Below, in pieces: positions 43,646 through 54,172 of a DNA stretch of 64,000 nt. The notes beneath the pieces were generated by a model that was not told where the DNA came from, searched no databases, and worked only from the letters and a program-made list of their open reading frames with translations. A program made the position numbers and the translations under genes. The stretch's first letter is position 1, and the number at the start of each line of letters is the position of its first letter. The stretch is from Candidatus Omnitrophota bacterium (GTDB lineage: Bacteria; Omnitrophota; Gorgyraeia; Gygaellales; Profunditerraquicolaceae), in the NCBI GenBank assembly GCA_028717245.1, contig JAQUOD010000003.1, positions 85,636 through 149,635 of the forward strand, read 5' to 3'.

Positions 43646-44249
43646 AGAAGTTTTAGAAAACCACAAAAAATATCTCGAGCGAAAAACCCTATATAAAAGT
43701 TTTGGCTGCGATGTTGACCAGGAAAGGGCCTTTATTATCGAGAAGGCCCAGCCTCTTTATGGCGATATATTGGAAGCCGGAACCGGTAAGGGCCATTTTG
43801 CGCTCGCTTTGGCTAAAGAAGGCTACCGATTTACTACCTTTGATATTTCCAAAGAAGAGCAGAAATTCGCGCGGCTAAATCTAAAATATTTTGGGCTTGA
43901 CCAGTTGGTAGATTTTCGTATTGAGAATGGCGAATCCTTAAGTTTTAAAGATAAGAGTTTCGACATAATTTTTTCAATAAACACCTTCCACCACTTGGTA
44001 AATCCCTATAAAGTCCTTGATGAGCTAATCCGCCTACTTTCCTTTGAGGGAAAGCTTATTTTAAGCGATTTTACCAAGGAAGGAATGGCATTAATGGATA
44101 AAATCCATGCCAGCGAAGGGAGAAAACACGAAGTCAGTAAAACCACTCTGGCTGATATAGAGCCATATTTAATAAAGAAGGGTTTTAAAATTAATAAGGC
44201 AAGCAGTAAATTTCAGGGAGTTTTAATAACGTACCATCAATTAATATGA
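43638..44249 (+). CDS. Class I SAM-dependent methyltransferase
   Basis: ILEAGTGKGHFALALA motif I. Confidence 0.7.
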   Translation: MDKEVLENHKKYLERKTLYKSFGCDVDQERAFIIEKAQPLYGDILEAGTGKGHFALALAKEGYRFTTFDISKEEQKFARLNLKYFGLDQLVDFRIENGESLSFKDKSFDIIFSINTFHHLVNPYKVLDELIRLLSFEGKLILSDFTKEGMALMDKIHASEGRKHEVSKTTLADIEPYLIKKGFKINKASSKFQGVLITYHQLI

Positions 44250-45100
44250 TTATTTCAGTTGCCAGCGGAAAAGGCGGGACAGGAAAAACAACAGTTGCGG
44301 TAAATTTGGCTTTATCCATAGATAATGTGCAGTTTATTGATTGTGATGTTGAAGAACCCAATGCGCACATTTTTTTAAAACCAGCCATTAAGGAGCAAAA
44401 GAAAGCTTACATACCTGTTCCAGAAATCGATGAATCGAGATGTAATTATTGTGGTAAATGCGCCACGGTTTGTGTTTATCATGCCATAGCGGTTTTACCT
44501 TCCTCGGATAGTAAAAAAGGAAATACTTTAATTTTTCCACATCTTTGCCACGGCTGTGGCGCTTGCAGCGCATTATGCCCGGAAAAGGCGATAAAAGAAG
44601 TAAATAGAGAGATTGGTGTCGTGGAGTTAGGCAATTGCGGGAAGATAGATTTTGTTCACGGAAAGCTCAATATCGGCGAAGCGATGTCTCCGCCACTTAT
44701 CCGGCAGGTTAAAGAAGAGATAAATCTTGATAAAACCGTTATCATTGACGCTCCTCCGGGTACTTCCTGTCCGGTAGTTGCTTCGGTTAAGGACAGTGAT
44801 TTTTGCGTGTTAGTTACCGAGCCTACGCCGTTTGGTTTAAATGATTTGATTTTAGCTGTAGAAGTTCTAAGGAAATTAAAGATTCCTTTCGGTGTAGTTA
44901 TCAATCGCTCGGATTTAGGAAATAATAAAACCGAAGAGTATTGCCAAAAGGAAAATATTCCGGTATTGATGAGAATACCCTTTAGAAAAGAAATAGCCAT
45001 GGCCTATTCAAAGGGAGAACCCATGGTTAAGGCATTCCCGGAATCTAAAAAAGATTTTCAGAGCTTTTTTAATAAAATCAAACATGGAAAATCTAATTAA
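44246..45100 (+). CDS. MinD/ParA-family P-loop ATPase with inserted 2x[4Fe-4S] ferredoxin domain
   Basis: ASGKGGTGKTT Walker A; CNYCGKCATVC and CHGCGACSALCP. Confidence 0.8.
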   Translation: MIISVASGKGGTGKTTVAVNLALSIDNVQFIDCDVEEPNAHIFLKPAIKEQKKAYIPVPEIDESRCNYCGKCATVCVYHAIAVLPSSDSKKGNTLIFPHLCHGCGACSALCPEKAIKEVNREIGVVELGNCGKIDFVHGKLNIGEAMSPPLIRQVKEEINLDKTVIIDAPPGTSCPVVASVKDSDFCVLVTEPTPFGLNDLILAVEVLRKLKIPFGVVINRSDLGNNKTEEYCQKENIPVLMRIPFRKEIAMAYSKGEPMVKAFPESKKDFQSFFNKIKHGKSN

Positions 45101-45473
45101 AGATTTCTTACAGCAAAAACGGTTCGCTGTAATAGGCTCTTTTAGGAATAAAGAAAAATTTGCTTATAGGATTTTAGCTAACTTGATTGAAAAAGGCTAT
45201 GAGGTTTTTCCCGTTAATCCTCGCTTAAAGGAGATAGAAGGCAGGACCTGCTATAAGACTATAAGCGATATTCCATATAGCGTGGATGCCGCTAATATAG
45301 TTACGCCTCCTTTAGTGACGAAAAACATTTTAAAAGAATGCCTGCAAAAAGGCATAAAAAAAGCATGGCTTCAGCCGGGCGCGGAAAGCCAAGATGCTAT
45401 ACAATTTTGTCATGATAACGATATAAAAGTGATCCACAGCATGTGTATAATGCTGGAATTGTTGAGAAAATAG
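45084..45473 (+). CDS. CoA-binding domain protein
   Basis: FAVIGSFRNKEKFAYRI...GYEVFPVNP pattern. Confidence 0.65.
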   Translation: MENLIKDFLQQKRFAVIGSFRNKEKFAYRILANLIEKGYEVFPVNPRLKEIEGRTCYKTISDIPYSVDAANIVTPPLVTKNILKECLQKGIKKAWLQPGAESQDAIQFCHDNDIKVIHSMCIMLELLRK

Positions 45474-45480
45474 GAGAATC

Positions 45481-46831
45481 TATGAACAAAAAAGCAGATA
45501 TTCTTATTATCGGCGCGGGCCCTGCGGGAGTTGTATGCGCCATAACTGCAAGAAAATACTATCCCGACAAAAGTATCCTGGTGATGAAAGATATCGCAAA
45601 TGGAGTTATCCCCTGCGGAATTCCCTATATGTTCGTTAGCCTCGATAACCCCGAAGAAAATAAGCTAGGGATGGTATCACTTGAAAAAAATAATGTTGAG
45701 GTTGTTGTTGATTCCGCCGTAAGCATAAACCGTAAAGATAAGACTATAGAAACAAGAAATAAAGATACGTATTCCTATGAAAAATTAGTTTTAGCGATAG
45801 GCTCAACTCCGATAATTTTACCTATCAAGGGAGTGGATAAAAAAGGGGTATATCCTATAAATAAAGAAATGGGCTATTTAAAAGGCGTGATAAACCAGAT
45901 TAAGCAGTGCAAAAATGTGTTAGTTATAGGAGGAGGATTTATCGGCGTCGAGTTTGCCGACGAGCTTTCTAAAATCAAAGGGATTAACGTTGTCTTAATA
46001 GAAATGCTTCCGCAAATACTCGCTAACTCTTTTGATCCGGAATTTTCGCAAGTTGCTGAGGCGCGTTTGCGGGAAAAAGGAGTGATTGTTTTGACCAATA
46101 CTAAGGTTGAGGAAATAATCGGACAGGATAAAGTCGAAAAGGTGAAGCTTGGTGACGGAAGAGAGCTTCCGATCGAAGGCGTAATTCTTGGGGTAGGTTC
46201 AAAGCCGAACGTCAAAATAGCCGTAGACTCCGGATTAGAGATCGGATCCTGTAAAGGTATTATGACCGATGAGTACATGCGTTCGTCAGCGGACCCGGAT
46301 ATTTTCGCCATCGGAGACTGTGCCTGTAAGCGTGATTTCTATACCCGTAAAGCAATTCCTGTAATGCTAGCTTCTACCGCGACGGCCGAAGCCAGGATTG
46401 CGGGTGCTAATCTTTACCAGATTAAGGTAATCCGCGAAAATAAGGGGACTATTGCGGTGTATTCGACGTACATCGATGGATTAGTTTTAGGTTCGGCCGG
46501 GCTTACCGAGAAAACCGCCCGAGAAGAAGGTTTTGAAATTGTCGTCGGAAGTATCGACGGCGTGGATAAACATCCCGCTTCTTTGCCGGGTGCCTGTAAG
46601 GGCAAGATAAAACTGATTTTCTCCAAGCAATCGGGGATCATTTTGGGAGGGCAGGTAAGCTGCGGTATGTCCTGCGCGCAGATGATAAATATCATAGGTG
46701 TTGCGATTCAGAAGCGCATGTCGGCCACGGAATTGGAGACTTTGCAAGTAGCGACGCATCCTTATTTGACTAGCGCCCCGACAATGTTCCCCATAGTGTT
46801 AGCAGCTCAGGACGTGTATGGGAAAATATAA
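45481..46831 (+). CDS. Pyridine nucleotide-disulfide oxidoreductase of the CoA-disulfide reductase / NADH oxidase family
   Basis: ILIIGAGPAG FAD motif; single redox Cys in VIPCGIPY; AGGAG RBS before ATG 45481. Confidence 0.7.
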
Positions 46832-46846
46832 CGAGGATAAGATTAT

Positions 46847-47698
46847 ATGAAGCAGATAGTTGTGATAAGCGGGAAAGGTGGCACGGGTAAAACAGTAATT
46901 ACGGGAGCGTTTGCCGCTTTAACGAAAAATAAAGTTATGGCTGACTGCGATGTTGACGCGGCAGATTTACATTTATTATTGCAGCCAAAAATCAAAGAAC
47001 GCCATGACTTTAGAAGCGGTTTAAGCGCGTCAATTGATAAAAAAATCTGCCAGCAATGCGGCAAGTGCATCGCAGCCTGTAGATTTAACGCCATAAGCGA
47101 CAGCTTTGTAGTTGATCATGTGCCTTGTGAGGGGTGCGGTTTTTGCAGCCATATTTGCCCGGTGGGCGCCATAAAGATGGAGGAAAACCTTGCCGGAGAG
47201 TGGTTTATTTCCGAGACGCGCTTTGGCCCTATGGTGCACGCTAAGCTTGGGATAGCTGAAGAGAATTCAGGCAAGCTTGTGTCTCTAGTGAAAAAGCAGG
47301 CAAAAGACCTGGCAGAGAAGGCAAATTTCGATTGGGTAATTATTGACGGCGCTCCTGGTATAGGCTGTCCGGTAATTGCTTCGCTTTCTGGCGTAGATTG
47401 CGCAGTAGTAGTAACTGAACCTACGCTATCCGGTCTTCATGATGCGTTAAGAGTTATAGAAGTAACGAACCACTTTAACGTTCCGTCTAAGATGGTAATT
47501 AATAAATATGATTTAAATATGGAAATGTCAAATAAAATTGAGGAATATTGCGCAAAGAACAGGATTCCATTGATCGGCAAGGTCGGGTTTGATAAAGCAG
47601 TAGTAGAAGCTATGGTAGAGGGTAAGACGATTATGGAATATAAAGACACTCCTGTTAAAGATGAGATTATTAGGATTTGGGAGAAGCTGCAAGTTTAA
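46847..47698 (+). CDS. MinD/ParA-family P-loop ATPase with 2x[4Fe-4S] ferredoxin domain (paralog)
   Basis: SGKGGTGKTV; CQQCGKCIAAC and CEGCGFCSHICP. Confidence 0.8.
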   Translation: MKQIVVISGKGGTGKTVITGAFAALTKNKVMADCDVDAADLHLLLQPKIKERHDFRSGLSASIDKKICQQCGKCIAACRFNAISDSFVVDHVPCEGCGFCSHICPVGAIKMEENLAGEWFISETRFGPMVHAKLGIAEENSGKLVSLVKKQAKDLAEKANFDWVIIDGAPGIGCPVIASLSGVDCAVVVTEPTLSGLHDALRVIEVTNHFNVPSKMVINKYDLNMEMSNKIEEYCAKNRIPLIGKVGFDKAVVEAMVEGKTIMEYKDTPVKDEIIRIWEKLQV

Positions 47699-47710
47699 AA
47701 TAAGGCTCTT

Positions 47711-48700
47711 ATGGATAAGCGGGATATACACGTATTAAAATATTTTTCATCTTTTGTGAGCGTGTCTTACGGAAAGGTTATCAATATTACCGAGCCGACA
47801 CTTACTTTTTGCCCATTGGCAAAGCATTTATACAGGGATTTTAGTGGTATTTCGGGTAATAACAAGAAAGCTCTTAAAAATGCCATAAAAAAAGCGATTG
47901 AGTCAAAAATAAGAGACTACGGTTTTTTCACGTATAAACGAAAGATTTCATCTGATGGTGTTGCAATACCGTATGGCGCCTCAGAGATGATCAGTTTTGC
48001 GTTAAGAAAAAAGGCCGTTGACGCGGCGGTTGTAGTGTGTGAAGGGGCAGGAACAGTGGTTACGAATAAGCCGGAAGTCGTCCAGGGTATTGGCGCCCGA
48101 ATGAATAGTCTATTGTTAACCTCGCCCATTAAAGAGATTATCCATAATCTTAAAAATTCCGGCTGTCGGGTAGTATTTGAAAACGCGCTTATTAATCAGG
48201 TACGGGGAGTTGAGGATGCGATAAAAGCCGGGTATAAGACTATTGCTGTTACTGTATGCGGCCATTCAGCCGAGGACTTAAAAGTATTCCGTTCATTAGA
48301 AAAAGAAGACAGCGTTAAAATAATTTCTTTAGCGGTATGTACGACCGGTATATCTAAAAACAAAATCAATATGATACGTGACTACGCTGATCTGGTGTGG
48401 AGCTGCGCTTCTTTTGATATACGTCGTATGATCGGGCATTTGGCCGTATTACAGCTATCCCGGCAAATACCTGTTTTTGTTTTAACGAAAAAAGGCATAG
48501 ATTTTGTTTCAATGTATTCCCGGGAAGAAGAAATTATAAAGAATTTGGATATCCATAAGCAATACCTTTTTTCAAATGAGCTGAACGGGCAATGTGTTCA
48601 TATGGGGGATTCCAAGGTATTTATCAACGAGTCTAAATTACCGGTTAGCTCCCGGAAGGAGCCCGTACTTGAAAATAAAAGCGAATACGCGGCCATATAG
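47711..48700 (+). CDS. Hypothetical protein (329 aa)
   Basis: ORF; not assignable by eye. Confidence 0.4.
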   Translation: MDKRDIHVLKYFSSFVSVSYGKVINITEPTLTFCPLAKHLYRDFSGISGNNKKALKNAIKKAIESKIRDYGFFTYKRKISSDGVAIPYGASEMISFALRKKAVDAAVVVCEGAGTVVTNKPEVVQGIGARMNSLLLTSPIKEIIHNLKNSGCRVVFENALINQVRGVEDAIKAGYKTIAVTVCGHSAEDLKVFRSLEKEDSVKIISLAVCTTGISKNKINMIRDYADLVWSCASFDIRRMIGHLAVLQLSRQIPVFVLTKKGIDFVSMYSREEEIIKNLDIHKQYLFSNELNGQCVHMGDSKVFINESKLPVSSRKEPVLENKSEYAAI

Positions 48701-48727
48701 AAATATTACATTCGGGAGGGAATTTAT

Positions 48728-49123
48728 ATGAAGAATTCAAGTAGCAAAGAGGGAACCCTCGGCTATCCTACGGAAGTAATAAGTCTTTTAAATAGCCCTA
48801 AGTTTTTTGGCAGGATGAATGACCCCACAGCTTCTTCATATTTAAAAGGGCCTTGCGGAGATTCTATGGAATTCTACCTGGTGATAGAAGATAAAAGGAT
48901 TACCGATATCAGATATTACGCAGATGGATGTGGAGCTACCAGGGCATGCGCTGCAATGGTTGCGTATTTGGCTTACGGCAAGACTGTCAATGAGGCTTTA
49001 AATATCTCGGCGGGAGAGGTGATTAAACGATTAAAGGGGCTACCGGAAGACCACTTGCATTGTTCGATACTTTCTGTAAGCACGCTTTACCGGGCGATAG
49101 CGGATTATTTATTAAAGGCATGA
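48728..49123 (+). CDS. NifU N-terminal / IscU-like Fe-S scaffold domain protein
   Basis: GPCGDSM...GCGATRAC...HCS three-Cys scaffold pattern. Confidence 0.65.
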   Translation: MKNSSSKEGTLGYPTEVISLLNSPKFFGRMNDPTASSYLKGPCGDSMEFYLVIEDKRITDIRYYADGCGATRACAAMVAYLAYGKTVNEALNISAGEVIKRLKGLPEDHLHCSILSVSTLYRAIADYLLKA

Positions 49124-49776
49124 TTATAACTAAACAAAAACCGATAGAGGAGATTCTCGATTATATTAAAAATGATTCGGCTGTTTTTTTAGTTGGCTGC
49201 GCTGTCTGCGCGACTACCTGTAAAACCGGAGGAGAGGTTGAAACAAAACTGTTATCTGAGTTGTTTAGTGCTAAAGGTAAAAAAGTAACCGGTTGGGATA
49301 TTCTTAATCCGGCTTGTTATCTTTTAGAATCAAAAAAGCTTCTCAGGCGTAAAGAAAAAGAAATAGCCGCAGCAGAATCAATTATCAGCCTTGCCTGCGG
49401 CGGAGGCACGCAGGCCATAGCGGAAGTGACAGGAAAGCCCGTATATCCGGCAAATGATACGTTATTTCAGGGAGAGATAATACGGCTTTCCCCACAGGAA
49501 GACCGTTTTGAGAAAAAATGCCTTATGTGCGGAGAGTGTATTCTCGGCAGCACCGGAGGAATATGTCCGGTGACGCGGTGCCCCAAAGGCCTGCGTAACG
49601 GCCCTTGTGGCGGGACTAATAGAGGAAAGTGCGAAGTTGACCCTGAGCGGGATTGCGTTTGGTCGCTTATTTACGATAAACTTAAAGAACTTGGGAAACT
49701 TGAAAATGTAAGACTAATGAGCAAGGCAAGAGATTATAGTGACGAAAGAAATTATGTCTTAATAAATAAACGGTAG
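49120..49776 (+). CDS. Cys-rich protein with MTHFR-C-terminal-like CPKGLRNGPCGG motif
   Basis: CAVCATTC, CLMCGEC, CPVTRCPKGLRNGPCGG; ATG 49120 overlaps IscU-like stop. Confidence 0.45.
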   Translation: MIITKQKPIEEILDYIKNDSAVFLVGCAVCATTCKTGGEVETKLLSELFSAKGKKVTGWDILNPACYLLESKKLLRRKEKEIAAAESIISLACGGGTQAIAEVTGKPVYPANDTLFQGEIIRLSPQEDRFEKKCLMCGECILGSTGGICPVTRCPKGLRNGPCGGTNRGKCEVDPERDCVWSLIYDKLKELGKLENVRLMSKARDYSDERNYVLINKR

Positions 49777-49793
49777 CGGAATGAAAGACAAAT

Positions 49794-50621
49794 ATGGAAT
49801 CTAGAGAAGCGGAATATTCAGTGCAGGAAAAGCGGCTTAAAGAGAGGATATCTAAAATAGGGCATCCTTTAATCGTGATGAGTGGCAAGGGCGGGGTGGG
49901 TAAATCAACGGTGGCGGTAAATCTTGCGTATGCGTTATCGCTTTCCGGTAATATGGTTGGCATTTTAGATATCGATCTTCACGGACCTAATATCGCCAAG
50001 ATGCTCGGGATTGAGAAACAATCAATTTTTGCCCTTGAATCCGGAATAGAGCCGGTTGAGGTCAGCAAAAACCTTAAAGCTGTTAGCATCGCCCTTTCGG
50101 GGTATAGCCCGGATCAGCCGATAATCTGGCGCGGGCCTGCTAAGTCCGCGGTTATCCGGCAATTCTTAAGCGATGTGAATTGGGGAGAATTGGACTATTT
50201 GGTTATTGATTCGCCTCCGGGGACGGGGGATGAACCATTAAGCGCCTGTCAGTTGGTCCCTAATGTAAGCGGCATAATCATTGTGACTACACCTCAAGAC
50301 GTTGCCATACTTGATGCACGAAAGAGCGTTTTATTTGCCAGAGAGATTAAAATACCGGTTGTAGGCGTCATTGAGAATATGAGCGGGTTTATCTGCCCGC
50401 ATTGCCATACTGAAACAGATATTTTTAAGAAAGGTGGAGGCGAAAAGGCGGCGCGAGAGTTGAAAATTCCGTTCTTAGGAAGGGTGCCGTTTGAACCGGA
50501 ATTTGTCGAGTTTGGCGATAAAGGGACGCCGTTTGTTTCCTTTGAACATAAATCAAAGTCTGCCGAAGCGTTTATAGAGATTGTGGCTAGAATAAAAGAA
50601 TTCGTCGGGGATAACCAATGA
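49794..50621 (+). CDS. Mrp/NBP35 (ApbC-like) Fe-S cluster carrier ATPase
   Basis: SGKGGVGKST Walker A; C-terminal CPHC. Confidence 0.85.
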   Translation: MESREAEYSVQEKRLKERISKIGHPLIVMSGKGGVGKSTVAVNLAYALSLSGNMVGILDIDLHGPNIAKMLGIEKQSIFALESGIEPVEVSKNLKAVSIALSGYSPDQPIIWRGPAKSAVIRQFLSDVNWGELDYLVIDSPPGTGDEPLSACQLVPNVSGIIIVTTPQDVAILDARKSVLFAREIKIPVVGVIENMSGFICPHCHTETDIFKKGGGEKAARELKIPFLGRVPFEPEFVEFGDKGTPFVSFEHKSKSAEAFIEIVARIKEFVGDNQ

Positions 50622-51409
50622 AACCTGTGTTTAAATATATTTACGGCCCGGTGCCCTCTTGGAGGCTGGGGAGCTCTTTAGGCATAGATCTGCTTTCGCA
50701 GGAAGAAAAAATCTGTAATTTTGATTGTGTTTATTGCCAACTTGGCCCGGTTAAAAAGCACACAATTGAAAGAAAAATTTATGTTCCAGTTGAAAAGATT
50801 ATAGAAGAATTAGAGATGTTACCTCAGACGCATATAGATTATATTACTTTTTCCGGCAGGGGAGAGCCTACTCTAGCGGCAAATTTAGGCGAGGCAATAA
50901 AAGCGGTAAAACTTGTCCGTAAAGAGCCGATTGCAGTTTTAACTAATAGTTCTTTAATGGGGACAAATAAAGCAAGGGAAGAACTGGCTTTGGCAGATTT
51001 TGTTGTTGCCAAGTTAGATGCCTATTCCCCGGAATCTTTGCAGGAAATTAATAGGCCTGCTAATGAAGTAGAATTCGGCAGCATTTTAGATGGTATAAAA
51101 AAATTCAGGAAAAGCTATGGGGGGAAATTAGCATTACAGGTAATGTTTATGGAAAACAATAAAGTGTATATTAGTAAGTATGTTTATTTAGCAAATTATA
51201 TCAAACCGGATGAAATCCAAGTTAATACGCCGTTAAGGCCATGCGGTATCAAGGCATTAACGAAAGAAGAAATTTTTAAGATAAAGGGTAATTTTATTGC
51301 CTCTTGCCAGGGGATTAATGTAGTTTGTGCGTATGATGAGAGGGCGGAAAAGAGCATTGTTTCTTTAAGCGATGAGGAAACATTAAAAAGAAGGGGGAAG
51401 GTTAAATAA
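50618..51409 (+). CDS. Radical SAM protein
   Basis: CNFDCVYC (Cx3Cx2C) near N-terminus. Confidence 0.65.
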   Translation: MKPVFKYIYGPVPSWRLGSSLGIDLLSQEEKICNFDCVYCQLGPVKKHTIERKIYVPVEKIIEELEMLPQTHIDYITFSGRGEPTLAANLGEAIKAVKLVRKEPIAVLTNSSLMGTNKAREELALADFVVAKLDAYSPESLQEINRPANEVEFGSILDGIKKFRKSYGGKLALQVMFMENNKVYISKYVYLANYIKPDEIQVNTPLRPCGIKALTKEEIFKIKGNFIASCQGINVVCAYDERAEKSIVSLSDEETLKRRGKVK

Positions 51410-51413
51410 TATA

Positions 51414-51764
51414 ATGCTGGTAGAGATTTTAAAATCGAAGATTCACGGGGCAATAATTACTAAAAAGGAGCTCTATTACCAGGGGAGTATTGGTATTGAT
51501 AGGGCGATTTTAGCAAAAAGCGATATTGCGGCTAACCAAAAAGTCCAGGTAGTAAATTTCAATAATGGTTCGCGTTTTGAAACATACGTGATTGAAGAAG
51601 AGGAAAACAGCGGACAAATCGTTCTTTGCGGCCCGGCAGCACGTCAGGCGGAAGTAGGGGATAGAGTTTGTATCATTGCGTACGGAATAGTAGAAGATAG
51701 CCAGGCAGAGTTGATAAAACCCCAGGTAATTATTTTAGACGATAAAAACAAAATAAAATCATGA
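51414..51764 (+). CDS. panD: Aspartate 1-decarboxylase
   Basis: KSKIHGAIITKKELYYQGSIGID with G-S self-cleavage site. Confidence 0.85.
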   Translation: MLVEILKSKIHGAIITKKELYYQGSIGIDRAILAKSDIAANQKVQVVNFNNGSRFETYVIEEEENSGQIVLCGPAARQAEVGDRVCIIAYGIVEDSQAELIKPQVIILDDKNKIKS

Positions 51765-52675
51765 AAACTTATTTAGATTGCATCCCTTGTTTCTTTCGGC
51801 AAGCGCTGGAAGGCAGCCGGATTGTCCGGACAACCCCAAAACAGCAAAAACAGATTATAGATGAATTTGCCCGCAAAATTCCGAAGATATCGCTTGAAGC
51901 TAGCCCTCCTGAAATAGCTAGGTTTGGGTACGCTCTTTTAAGAAAGATAACCCCTAATAGAGATCCGTATAAAAAGATAAAACAAAAAAGCAATCGCATT
52001 GCTTTAAGGTTATTAGGCAAATTAAGGAATAAAGTCAATCATTCCCAGGACAGGCTTTTGACAGCGCTGGAGTTGGCTATCGCCGGTAATATCATAGATT
52101 TTGGCGTAAAGAATAGCTTGAATGTAAAAACGGAGTTAAAAAAGATACTCGCAGAGGAAAATAAGGTTATCTATAGACAATCTATATTTCATTACGCAGA
52201 GTTCAGACGGGCTTTAAAGAAGGCAGGGGATATTTTATATCTGGCTGATAACGCAGGAGAGGTGGTATTTGACCGGGTTTTAGTCGAAGAAATAAAAAAA
52301 GAGTATCTGGATAAAAACATTTACTATGCCGTAAAGGAAAAACCCGTTATAAACGATGCGCTATTTGAAGATGCCAAGGTTTGTGGGATCGATAAGACGG
52401 CTCAGGTGATTTCTAACGGCACAGGCGCTCCGGGAACGATTCTTGCTTTATGCTCAAAAGAATTCAAACGAATTTATAAAAGCGCGGATATGATAATCAG
52501 TAAAGGCCAGGGTAATTTTGAATCTCTATCAAACGAAAAAAGACCTATTTTTTTCTTATTTATGGTGAAATGCCCGGTGGTAGCCAGGGAAACCGGATGT
52601 AAGATGGGAAATATAGTTTTATTTTACAATTTAAAGAAAAATGGAGCCATTAGAAATAAAAAAATATCCGGATAG
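51761..52675 (+). CDS. DUF89/ARMT1-family damage-control phosphatase
   Basis: MKTYLDCIPCFFRQAL N-terminal signature. Confidence 0.65.
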   Translation: MKTYLDCIPCFFRQALEGSRIVRTTPKQQKQIIDEFARKIPKISLEASPPEIARFGYALLRKITPNRDPYKKIKQKSNRIALRLLGKLRNKVNHSQDRLLTALELAIAGNIIDFGVKNSLNVKTELKKILAEENKVIYRQSIFHYAEFRRALKKAGDILYLADNAGEVVFDRVLVEEIKKEYLDKNIYYAVKEKPVINDALFEDAKVCGIDKTAQVISNGTGAPGTILALCSKEFKRIYKSADMIISKGQGNFESLSNEKRPIFFLFMVKCPVVARETGCKMGNIVLFYNLKKNGAIRNKKISG

Positions 52676-53141
52676 CGTTTTAAGAAAGAATGCGCTTGAG
52701 ATAAAAGATATTACAGATACAGAAGCAAGGCTTTTTGAAGAGATGCATTTTACAATGCGGCATTTTGCGGGAATTGGTTTGGCTGCGCCTCAAATTGGAA
52801 TTTCCAAAAATTTGATAGTTGCAGATATTGGCGAAGGCGCAATCAAATTGGCTAATCCTGTAGTTCTGAAAACAAAAGGGTTAGATAAGATGGAAGAGGG
52901 CTGTTTAAGCATCCCGGGCGTAGGCGTGGTTATAGATAGGCCGGACGAAATTATTGTCAGTGGATTAAACGAAAAGGGAAAGGTTATAAAATTAGAGGCA
53001 CAGGGGCTTTTGGCGAGAGTGCTCCAGCATGAGATAGACCATTTAAGCGGCAAATTAATCATAGACTATTTAAGCCTAGTAGAAAAATTTAAATTAAAGC
53101 TGCATGCAAGAAGGGAAAATAGACGATATGCCGATTTATGA
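52641..53141 (+). CDS. def: Peptide deformylase
   Basis: GIGLAAPQIG, EGCLSIPG, HEIDHL motifs. Confidence 0.85.
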   Translation: MEPLEIKKYPDSVLRKNALEIKDITDTEARLFEEMHFTMRHFAGIGLAAPQIGISKNLIVADIGEGAIKLANPVVLKTKGLDKMEEGCLSIPGVGVVIDRPDEIIVSGLNEKGKVIKLEAQGLLARVLQHEIDHLSGKLIIDYLSLVEKFKLKLHARRENRRYADL

Positions 53142-53376
53142 ATATAAGTGCAGGGATTGCGGAAAAATCAGCGAATTCCTTACAGGCGTTGGGCAAGAAA
53201 AGGCAGAAATTAAGTGCAGTTCGTGCGGAAGTAAAAAATTAAAGAAGATTTTCTCTCAGAGTTTTATTTCTAACGGTAGTCATATAATAGGCTCGCAGGG
53301 AGGCAAAACCTGCTGCGGCAGAACAGAGCGATGCGATACTCCGCCTTGCTCGGGAGACGGGGTCTGTAAAGGATGA
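53128..53376 (+). CDS. FmdB-family zinc-ribbon protein
   Basis: MPIYEYKCRDCG...CSSCGS. Confidence 0.6.
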   Translation: MPIYEYKCRDCGKISEFLTGVGQEKAEIKCSSCGSKKLKKIFSQSFISNGSHIIGSQGGKTCCGRTERCDTPPCSGDGVCKG

Positions 53377-53454
53377 GATTATCAGACGGCTGCTTAAGAG
53401 TATCGGCAGGCAAGTTAAAAAGGTTAATTCTATTTTAAAAAGGCGGTTTTTAAA

Positions 53455-54168
53455 ATGCGGATAAAAGTGATTTTTGATAAAGGTGCTTTGGAAAATAGCC
53501 TTCGTACTGGTTGGGGCGTATCATTTTTAGTTGACGAGAAAATATTATTTGATACTGGCGAAAAAGGGGAATGGTTACTTCAAAATATGCGCTCTTTAGG
53601 GGTTGATATAAACAAGATTGAAGCGGTAGTAATTTCTCACGACCATTGGGATCACTGGGGAGGGCTGTGGGATATACTCAAAGAAAGAGAGGGGTTTAAG
53701 GTGTATTCCTGCCCTGGTTTCGGCAAAGAATTTAAAGATAAAGTAAAAGAGTTGGGAGGAGACCTTATTGAAGTTCAAAAAATTATAGAGATTGCGCCGG
53801 ATATTTATATTACGGGAGAAATACCCGGCGCTTTTCGTGGAAGGTACATGCCTGAGCAGGCAATCGTATTAAAAACGAATAATGGGCTTACTATAATTAC
53901 CGGATGCGCACATCCCGGGATTTTAAAAATGGTAGAAAAGGCAAAGGCTAAATTTCCTGTTGAGCCTGTTTATTTTGTATTGGGTGGATTTCACCTGATG
54001 GAATCAGATAAACGGGCAATAGAAATAGTAGCCGAGAATTTCAAAAAGCTGAATATAATAAAAGCCGGGCCTACGCATTGCAGCGGTGAGGTAGCGGAAG
54101 ATATTTTTAAAAAATACTATGCGGAGAATTTTGTATCTATAAAAGCAGGGCAGGAGATAGAGGTCTAA
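53455..54168 (+). CDS. Metallo-beta-lactamase-fold hydrolase
   Basis: HDHWDHWGG metal-binding motif. Confidence 0.7.
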   Translation: MRIKVIFDKGALENSLRTGWGVSFLVDEKILFDTGEKGEWLLQNMRSLGVDINKIEAVVISHDHWDHWGGLWDILKEREGFKVYSCPGFGKEFKDKVKELGGDLIEVQKIIEIAPDIYITGEIPGAFRGRYMPEQAIVLKTNNGLTIITGCAHPGILKMVEKAKAKFPVEPVYFVLGGFHLMESDKRAIEIVAENFKKLNIIKAGPTHCSGEVAEDIFKKYYAENFVSIKAGQEIEV

Positions 54169-54172
54169 TAAA

